Positions 20,504 through 27,595 of a stretch of 64,000 bases of DNA are shown piece by piece. The notes beneath the pieces are model-generated. The model was given only the letters and a program-made list of their open reading frames with translations. It did not search any database and was not told the origin of the DNA. The DNA is from Patescibacteria group bacterium. GTDB taxonomy: Bacteria > Patescibacteriota > Patescibacteriia > JAQUQO01. The stretch's first letter is position 1. Every line of letters starts with the position of its first letter. Location: contig JAQUQO010000001.1 in NCBI GenBank assembly GCA_028716045.1, forward strand, positions 632,961 through 696,960. Reading direction: 5' to 3'. The position numbers and the translations under genes were made by a program.

Positions 20504-20641
20504 TCTTCCTCTCCCTAGGACTCTCGGGGCAAGGGATTTAACCTTAAATCCCTCTTTTATTCTCCCTTTTACAAAGGGAAAGGGGATTTAATAATTATTA
20601 TAAAAAATCACTTTAATTTTTAAATTCTAATTTTTCCTGTC

Positions 20642-20716
20642 TGGTGCCCCCAGTAGGAATCGAACCCACATCACAAGCTCCGGAAGCTCGTGTTCTATCC
20701 GTTGAACTATGAGGGC
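20642..20716 (-). tRNA. tRNA-Arg (anticodon CCG).
   Basis: GCCCTCATAGTTCAACGGATAGAACACGAGCTTCCGGAGCTTGTGATGTGGGTTCGATTCCTACTGGGGGCACCA. Confidence 0.9.
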
Positions 20717-20772
20717 GAAAACTATAGAGATATGGGTTAATAGTAAACAATTATTGATTTTTTTTCAAGGGA

Positions 20773-20800
20773 AATAAAAAACCTCGCAATTAAAATTACG
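20773..20800 (-). terminator. Rho-independent terminator. A near-identical copy occurs at 24213-24240.
   Basis: Minus strand CCTCGTAATTTTAATTGCGAGG followed by TTTTTTATT. Confidence 0.6.
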
Positions 20801-20850
20801 AGGTCAAATCTTGTGTGTTTGTGATAAAAAATTAATAGAAAAAAGTGGTA

Positions 20851-21291
20851 TTACCTGAACCCCCACCTTGACGGATTCTCTAAACCGGGGAAGCGGCTGC
20901 AAAGTAAATCCCTTTTTATAGTAAAAAAGATGGAACCCAAAAATCCTATGATAGAAGAGGCTATGAAGGTAATTATGTCTACCCTCGCCCCGAAAAATAG
21001 GATAGCACATCCCGATAAAAGAGGACCCCCAAAAAAACCCGCAATCAAAAAAACATATGCTCGAGAATGATACTGCCACACTTTTTTACAAGCCTCGGCC
21101 CTATCTATATGGTCTACGCCCACTATTCTCCGCATTATGGGCCCAGCGTTTCTGATGCACATAATTACCCCCTCCGTTAAATAACACAGGGCTAAAAGCG
21201 GTAAGATAAGTGGAAGAGAAATGATAGTGACCACCCAAGAAGATACTATGCCGTCAAAAATTTTTTCTATCTCTTTTGTTTCAAAGGACAT
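20851..21291 (-). CDS. Hypothetical membrane protein (146 aa).
   Basis: Four hydrophobic segments, a modest RBS (GAGAGG), and a terminator downstream. Confidence 0.5.
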   Translation of the reverse strand: MSFETKEIEKIFDGIVSSWVVTIISLPLILPLLALCYLTEGVIMCIRNAGPIMRRIVGVDHIDRAEACKKVWQYHSRAYVFLIAGFFGGPLLSGCAILFFGARVDIITFIASSIIGFLGSIFFTIKRDLLCSRFPGLENPSRWGFR

Positions 21292-21397
21292 GTCTACCTC
21301 TCTTGTTTTAAATTTAAAAATAAACCTGTTTGAGTTGATTGTCTTATTTTACATTATTCATAATAAAATGTCAACCCTCGGTCAAATTATTTAACCC

Positions 21398-21991
21398 TTA
21401 GCTGGTCATGTTTAAAATTGACTCCAAAACAACCGGCAACTCGGTTATGCCGTCGCCTCCCTCTCCCGGACCCGTGAAATGTCCCTTATGTTTTTCAATT
21501 ACTATTTCTGAACCGAGCTTGTCACGAAAATCGTCCTGATTATCAGCGGACACATACTGGTCATTATCAGAAAAAATAGCCACACTTTTGGGTAAGTGAG
21601 TTTTTGCTTTTGCCAAATCCAGCGGGGCTTCAAGCCAATGTTTGGCAGTTTCACGCACATCTTCTTCGTCTTCAAGATTCGTGAGTCGTTTAAAAAATCC
21701 TGCCACAAAAACCGCCCCGCCAACTTTTACTCCAGCGGGAAGGGATTCTAAATAGCGGGCGATTGCCTGACAACCCATACTATGGCCCACGAGATAGGTA
21801 TTCTCGTCAACGGGACCAACGGTTTCCGCGATTTTCTGAACCCATTTTTGAATTCTTGGGCTTTCTGCGTCAGGAAGCTGCGGGACAAAAACTTTGAATC
21901 CTTTTTCTTCTAATTCTTTCTCCAGCCACGGGAACCACCCTTCCTCGGGATAGCCGTCCCAGCCGTGGATTATAAAAATTCTTTTATTCAT
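21398..21991 (-). CDS. Alpha/beta serine hydrolase, YdeN/RBBP9 (PF06821-like) family.
   Basis: 197 aa with IIHGWDG and the nucleophile elbow GHSMG. Confidence 0.75.
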   Translation of the reverse strand: MNKRIFIIHGWDGYPEEGWFPWLEKELEEKGFKVFVPQLPDAESPRIQKWVQKIAETVGPVDENTYLVGHSMGCQAIARYLESLPAGVKVGGAVFVAGFFKRLTNLEDEEDVRETAKHWLEAPLDLAKAKTHLPKSVAIFSDNDQYVSADNQDDFRDKLGSEIVIEKHKGHFTGPGEGGDGITELPVVLESILNMTS

Positions 21992-22116
21992 AAAATTACT
22001 TCTTAATAATATTCACTAATAAATTTTAACAAATTTTAACGCGGCTGACAAATAAAAAAGAGCCGATTCGCAATGCGAATGGCTCTTATTGAGTAGAGCG
22101 AAAAAGTACCTACGGC

Positions 22117-22893
22117 TCAAATGACGAGCTGATTGACGAGCTGATTACGGTATTTTTCGAGTTGGCGGCGCCATATTTGAATAATTTTTGGCTGGGCCAG
22201 CTTAGTAACAAATAACTCCTCGCCGGCTTGTTGATGTTGAGGATTGGGCACGGGATCAAAAACTTCCTCAGTACTGCCGAGTTGCTCAACTATTTCATTA
22301 TTGCCCACGAGTTTAGTAAAAATATCGGCGAGACTACGGATGCCACTAAGACCAAGATTGGCCCAAGTGACCACAATGTCTCCATTACTTGCGGCCAGTT
22401 CTCTGGCAATAGCCGGAGCATCTTTGTCGCTCTCAACCAGTATTTTAAACATCCGGAAGTGTGGGAGTGAGTCCGAGGGTGAAACATATGGTCCGTGAGC
22501 TTGCGGCCAGAAGACGATGCCGCGTCTTGGACCGCTGACCTCAAATTCGATGTTTAGAGAAACGCGAAGATCAAATTTATCTCCATCGTCCTCAAGTAGT
22601 AGAAAATTCCAGTAGTTGCTGACTATCTCTCCTGGAATCTCTTTCTGGGGATTTTCATCCACCAAAGTAAAAATTTTATTGCGACAGTCCAAACGCGCTT
22701 GCGGCGTGATTCCTTGTTTTGCTAAAACGGCCAGCAAATTGTCGCTCAGCACATACTCTTTGATTGACTTGAAGCCGGCTTCCGGAACGTTCTCGTCTTC
22801 AAGCTTTAAGCCCTTATATGCAGCGGTTTTAGTGAGAAGATCGGACAGAGTAAAAGTGTCCACGCCCGGAGACAAAGTTAGTTTTTTTTCCAT
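22117..22893 (-). CDS. Hypothetical protein (258 aa) with elevated G+C relative to its surroundings.
   Basis: Excellent RBS (TAAGGAGGTG). No recognisable motifs. Downstream hairpin terminator at 22063-22090. Confidence 0.7.
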   Translation of the reverse strand: MEKKLTLSPGVDTFTLSDLLTKTAAYKGLKLEDENVPEAGFKSIKEYVLSDNLLAVLAKQGITPQARLDCRNKIFTLVDENPQKEIPGEIVSNYWNFLLLEDDGDKFDLRVSLNIEFEVSGPRRGIVFWPQAHGPYVSPSDSLPHFRMFKILVESDKDAPAIARELAASNGDIVVTWANLGLSGIRSLADIFTKLVGNNEIVEQLGSTEEVFDPVPNPQHQQAGEELFVTKLAQPKIIQIWRRQLEKYRNQLVNQLVI

Positions 22894-23052
22894 ATTTCTA
22901 CACCTCCTTACAGTGTGTTTTCAGGGTACAAATTAAGTCAAACACCAGTTTGACCTTCCTTTGGCGTAAATTACACTAAATCAAATAAAAAAGCAAGGGG
23001 AAATAAAAAAGCAAAAATTCCGAAAAATTTCTGCTATAACTCTAAATTTTTT

Positions 23053-23661
23053 TTACCCCAAATTTTCAATCCTTTGCGCGACTGCCCGCCAATTAATTAT
23101 GCTCCAAAAAGCCTCCACATACTTCCCCTTCTCGTTTTTTTGGTCAATATAGAAAGCGTGCTCAAACATATCTAAAACTAATAAAATTTTAAATCCCGGA
23201 TAAACATTCGTGTTATGCTTTTCTATCTGCATAATCAACGGACGATTGGTTTGGCGGCAAAAAGTTAACGCCGCCCAGCCCGACCCCTCCACACTCATGG
23301 CCGCTTTGGTAAACTCGTCTTTAAATCTTTCAAAACTGCCAAACTCTTCCTTAATAACTTCCGCTAATTTTCCTTCCGGCTCTTTGGTGGTTTTTTCAAC
23401 CGGAGACAAATTTTGCCAGAAAAGAGAATGCAAAATGTGCCCGCCGATATTCCAAGATAAATCTTTGGATGTCGCTTTCATATCTAGCTCTGCTCCGGAC
23501 CCTCTTGCTTTATCCAATTTTTCCAAAGCCGCGTTGGCGCCCTTAACATAGGCGGCATGATGCTTTTGATAATGGACGGTTAACTGCTCTTCGGAAATGT
23601 ACGGCTCCAAATCTTTATAGCCGTATGGCAAATCGGGAAGAGAATAAAATTTGTTATTCAT
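23053..23661 (-). CDS. Fe/Mn-type superoxide dismutase.
   Basis: 202 aa. HYQKHHAAYV...DMFEHAFY metal-ligand signature. Confidence 0.95.
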   Translation of the reverse strand: MNNKFYSLPDLPYGYKDLEPYISEEQLTVHYQKHHAAYVKGANAALEKLDKARGSGAELDMKATSKDLSWNIGGHILHSLFWQNLSPVEKTTKEPEGKLAEVIKEEFGSFERFKDEFTKAAMSVEGSGWAALTFCRQTNRPLIMQIEKHNTNVYPGFKILLVLDMFEHAFYIDQKNEKGKYVEAFWSIINWRAVAQRIENLG

Positions 23662-23753
23662 AAATATCTGTTTATTTATCTTTCTGATATTTTAACATTA
23701 AATAATGGAAAATAAAAAGCCCCGTTCGCATTTTGCTACTAGGGGCGGGTTTA

Positions 23754-24050
23754 TTACAGGCCATAATTGACTACGTGCCGGCATGTCCAGCGATTGCATT
23801 CCGCTCGACCCGGGTTGCTAGGAGTGGTGTAAAGCGACATATGGCCACACGATGGACATCTCTCCGGAGCGGGCGTGATTTGCCCGCACTTCTCACATCC
23901 TACTATCGTTTCGCCCTGCGCTCCCCGAAACCACCGGTACTTTCGACACGTTGAGCACCAGTAGCCGAACGCTCGCCTTTGATAAAGACAAAGTAAAATT
24001 ATTAGGAGTACAACGATTCCGATAACTCCGATAATAAGTACTTTTCCCAT
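23754..24050 (-). CDS. Membrane-anchored zinc-ribbon protein (98 aa).
   Basis: Strong RBS (AAAGGAGGAA), an N-terminal TM helix, then CSTC...CEKC...CPSC...C. Confidence 0.6.
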   Translation of the reverse strand: MGKVLIIGVIGIVVLLIILLCLYQRRAFGYWCSTCRKYRWFRGAQGETIVGCEKCGQITPAPERCPSCGHMSLYTTPSNPGRAECNRWTCRHVVNYGL

Positions 24051-24212
24051 ATATTCCTCCTTTTGGGTCTTTCGACCTTTTTTCTATGTTCATGATTAGC
24101 TACAATAACAAAATAGTGTAACACAAAACTTGAAATTTGTCAAGATTAGGTAAAATTAATATTAAGGGGTTATTTTTTACAAAATAAGGTAGCCGATGTT
24201 AAAAAAACAAAA

Positions 24213-24240
24213 AACCCCGCAATTAAAATTGCGAGGTCCA
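24213..24240 (-). terminator. Rho-independent terminator downstream of tRNA-Leu. Twin of 20773-20800.
   Basis: Minus strand CCTCGCAATTTTAATTGCGGGG followed by TTTTTTG. Confidence 0.6.
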
Positions 24241-24243
24241 ATT

Positions 24244-24330
24244 TGGTGCCCAGGAGAGGATTTGAACCTCCAAGCCCTTGCGGGCGCTACCACCTCAAGG
24301 TAGTGCGTCTACCAATTTCGCCACCTGGGC
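24244..24330 (-). tRNA. tRNA-Leu (anticodon GAG), long variable arm.
   Basis: GCCCAGGTGGCGAAATTGGTAGACGCACTACCTTGAGGTGGTAG...GGTTCAAATCC...GGGCACCA. Confidence 0.9.
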
Positions 24331-24479
24331 CTTTCGATTCGCTACGCTCACTCAAGACCTATTAAGTGTTAAACACATGCTTTTCTAAATAATCCTGAGC
24401 GAACGAAGTGAGTCGAAGGATTTCGCCACTTAGGCAAAATAAAAAAATATCTTAGCCTTAATAACAAAAAAAATCAAGT

Positions 24480-26243
24480 TTACATTTCCTCAAGCGGTTC
24501 AATGCCCAAAATCTCAAGTCCTTTCTCTAAAACAATTTTTACCGAGCTAATCAAAGCCAAACGCGCTTGCCTAGTGGCCGCGTCCGCTTTGAGCACCGGA
24601 ATGTCGTGGTAAAAATTGGCGAACTCTTTGGCTAAATCGTAAAGATAGCGCGGCAATAAAGACATATCAAAATTGGTCATCGCCTTTTCTGCAATTGCCG
24701 GAAATTCCCCCAACGCTAAAACTAAACTTTTCTCTCTTTCTGAATTTAATAAGGAATAATCAATTTTGCCTCTGGCCGGACGGGGGGCTTTTCTTAAAAT
24801 ACTGTTAATTCTCGCCACCGTATATTCAATATACGGTCCGGTAAAACCGTCAAAAGACAGCGCTTCCTTTATATTGAAAACCACGACTTTGCCCGCGTCA
24901 TGCTTTAAAAGGTCAAATTTAATCGCCGCGAGAGAGATTTTTTTGGCAGTAGCTTTAATCTTTTTCTGATTCCAATCTTTGTGTCGCTTAGCCGTTTCTT
25001 TTATTGTTTGTTCCAACACCTCTTCATACAATTCTCGGAAGGTGACAATGTTCCCCTTGCGGGAAGACATGGCTCCCTCGGGCAAAGTGACAAATTCATA
25101 AGCCAAATGCTTCATCGGCTTTTTAAAACCGATGAGTTCCAGGGTTTTAAATAATTGTTTAAAATATTGTGTCTGGCGGGCATCCACCACGTGAATACTT
25201 TCCCCCAATTTTTTATAATCCTTAAATTTCTTTTGCGCTAAAGCTAAATCCTTAGTGGCGTAAAGCGACGTGCCATCGGATTTTAACAACAGAAAAACTC
25301 CGAGGTCATAAGGGATTAAATCCATAATAATCGCGCCCTCGCTTTCACGGACAATCCCTTTTTTGTATAAATCTTGAACCAATTTTTTGCCCGGCTTCTC
25401 CACTTCGCTTTCAAAATAATATCTGTCAAATTTCACGCCTAATTCTTTATAAATATCTTTAAATTCTTTTAAACTCCACTGGCGGGTCTTTTTCCATAAG
25501 GTGTTTAATTTTTTATCTCCCGCTTCCAGTTTTTGCTGAATTTGAGCAACTTCGTCTTTATATTCCGGATGTTCTTCAATTTCTCTACTCGCCCAAGCAT
25601 AAATAGTCCCTAAATATTCGCCCTTATTTTTTATTCTTTTAATTTTGATTTTTTCCGCCGGGGGCGGATCCGCCTTTAGCGGAAATTTTTCCTTTTTAAT
25701 TTTTTGGTATCCCCACAGGCACTTAGCCACATGCGCGCCGATGTCTCCGGGATAATTGACGGCGACAACTTTGTAGCCGGCGTTGCGATACAGATTTATT
25801 AACTCATCGCCCAATAAAGTATTTCGCAAGTGGCCGACATGAAATTCCTTGTGGGTGTTGGCCTGGGAATATTCTACCATCACCTGTTTACCCTTGCCCA
25901 AATTTAATGAACCGTATTTCCCCTTTGCCCTCACTATTTCTGATAAAATTGACTCCGTGATTTTGCCTTTATTCAAAAAAATGTTAACATACGGCCCCTT
26001 ACTCTCCGCTTTGGCGATTACAGATTTCGGCGCTTTTTCATTAAGATAAATGGCAACATTGGCCGCTATCTCCGCTGGATTTTTTTTCAACTCTTTGGCT
26101 AAACCAAAACAAGCCACCCCCCAATCTCCCATTTCCGGCTGCGGAGGGATAGTTAAATCTTTAGCGGTGAATTGGCCGTGGCTGACGGCCTGATTCAGCA
26201 ACCCAACTAATTCGTTTTTTATTTTTTCTAAATTGTCCATCAA
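24480..26243 (-). CDS. argS: Arginine--tRNA ligase.
   Basis: 587 aa with a class-I HIGH motif (FHVGHLRN) and a DALR anticodon-binding C-terminus. Confidence 0.95.
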   Translation of the reverse strand: MMDNLEKIKNELVGLLNQAVSHGQFTAKDLTIPPQPEMGDWGVACFGLAKELKKNPAEIAANVAIYLNEKAPKSVIAKAESKGPYVNIFLNKGKITESILSEIVRAKGKYGSLNLGKGKQVMVEYSQANTHKEFHVGHLRNTLLGDELINLYRNAGYKVVAVNYPGDIGAHVAKCLWGYQKIKKEKFPLKADPPPAEKIKIKRIKNKGEYLGTIYAWASREIEEHPEYKDEVAQIQQKLEAGDKKLNTLWKKTRQWSLKEFKDIYKELGVKFDRYYFESEVEKPGKKLVQDLYKKGIVRESEGAIIMDLIPYDLGVFLLLKSDGTSLYATKDLALAQKKFKDYKKLGESIHVVDARQTQYFKQLFKTLELIGFKKPMKHLAYEFVTLPEGAMSSRKGNIVTFRELYEEVLEQTIKETAKRHKDWNQKKIKATAKKISLAAIKFDLLKHDAGKVVVFNIKEALSFDGFTGPYIEYTVARINSILRKAPRPARGKIDYSLLNSEREKSLVLALGEFPAIAEKAMTNFDMSLLPRYLYDLAKEFANFYHDIPVLKADAATRQARLALISSVKIVLEKGLEILGIEPLEEM

Positions 26244-26244
26244 T

Positions 26245-27591
26245 TTATTTCACGATTTTTATAAAATGCCTTTTGCCTTTTTGAATAATAAGCCCTTCCT
26301 TGATAATGTCAAATTCCGTTTCCGGATTTTCCACGGTTTGATTATTAACTTTTACGCCGCCCTGCTCCACCAACCGCCGCGCTTCGCTCTTGGAGGAAGC
26401 TAAGCCGGAATGCACCAGCAGGTCCGTGATATTACATCGGTCTTGATGCGCGGCCACAGTCGGAATGTTTTCCGGTTTTTCCTTTTTTTGAAAAAGGTTA
26501 ACAAAATGCTCTTCGGCTTTTGCGGCGTCTTTGGCCGAGTGATATATCTTAACAATTTCCAACGCCAATTTCATTTTGGCATCGCGCGGGTCTCCGGCAA
26601 GAATGTTTTTAATCTCCTCCGATGGCATGCGAGTACAAATTTCAAAAGCCAATTCCATCAAAGTATCCGGCCAACTCATCACTTTGCCATACATTTCCTC
26701 GGCGGTGTCTTCAAGGGTAATCATATTGCCTTCGGTCTTGCCCATCTTTTTGCCGGTTGGGTCAGTCAAAAGTTTGGTGGTTAAAACAAATTTTTCCTTA
26801 TTTTTTAGGTCTTTCATTAAATCACGGCCGGCAAGCATATTAAATGTTTGGTCATTGCCGCCAACTTCCAAATCAACGTCCATGGCCACCGAATCATAGG
26901 ACTGCATCACGGGATATAAAAATTCGTGGAGGTAAATCGATCTAAATTCAACATCACTAACCATATTCTCTTTATTACACGGCGTACCTAAACCGCACAA
27001 TGGACACGTTGTTACATTCCCAGTTAATTTAGCAGAATTAAAAGATTCTTCACTTTCAAATTGTATGGGAGATTTGAATATCCCCCCGCACTGCACGCAT
27101 TTAACTTTTCTTATCCGCTTCTTAAACATATCCCTCTCGAGCATCTGTTGCACGGTAAAATGCGTTGCTAATTCCAAAATATCGGCAAATTTCAATTTCC
27201 CCAGCCACTTGCTATTATATTTAATCTCAGTTTTCCCCATATCTAAAATCAAGCCAGCTTGTTTTTTGTAATTCTTGGCGTTTTCTAAAACCTGCTTTCG
27301 GGTCAATTTCTGACGAGCAGCGGTTTTATCAGTCGGGTCGCCAATCATGCCGGTAAAGTCGCCGATAAGCAGGATTATTTTATGCCCCAAGTCCTGCAAT
27401 TCGCGCAATTTCATTAAAACCACGCCGTGGCCCATGTGCAAAGCGGGACCGGTCGGGTCAATGCCGGTATAAATTTTTAATTGCTTGCCCGATTTTAATA
27501 CTTTGTCAAAATTATCCTTGGACGGATAAATATTTTCCACGCCCCTTTCCAAAACTTCTTTAATTTTGTCGGGTGATGTATCTATTCTCAT
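26245..27591 (-). CDS. tyrS: Tyrosine--tRNA ligase with a C-terminal S4 domain and an internal about 45-aa Cys4 insertion.
   Basis: 448 aa with HMGHGV (HIGH), KMGKT (KMSKS) and S4 (SKSEARRLVEQGGVKVN). Insert KCVQCGG...TTCPLCGLGTPC between the catalytic-core segments. Confidence 0.95.
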   Translation of the reverse strand: MRIDTSPDKIKEVLERGVENIYPSKDNFDKVLKSGKQLKIYTGIDPTGPALHMGHGVVLMKLRELQDLGHKIILLIGDFTGMIGDPTDKTAARQKLTRKQVLENAKNYKKQAGLILDMGKTEIKYNSKWLGKLKFADILELATHFTVQQMLERDMFKKRIRKVKCVQCGGIFKSPIQFESEESFNSAKLTGNVTTCPLCGLGTPCNKENMVSDVEFRSIYLHEFLYPVMQSYDSVAMDVDLEVGGNDQTFNMLAGRDLMKDLKNKEKFVLTTKLLTDPTGKKMGKTEGNMITLEDTAEEMYGKVMSWPDTLMELAFEICTRMPSEEIKNILAGDPRDAKMKLALEIVKIYHSAKDAAKAEEHFVNLFQKKEKPENIPTVAAHQDRCNITDLLVHSGLASSKSEARRLVEQGGVKVNNQTVENPETEFDIIKEGLIIQKGKRHFIKIVK

Positions 27592-27595
27592 ATGG

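Noticed and set aside
24331-24479. Apparent long inverted repeat between argS and tRNA-Leu (CGATTCGCTACGCTCACTC … GAGCGAACGAAGTGAGTCG).
   Set aside because: On closer reading the two arms are permuted relative to each other rather than truly complementary, so no stable hairpin forms. Not reported as a structure.
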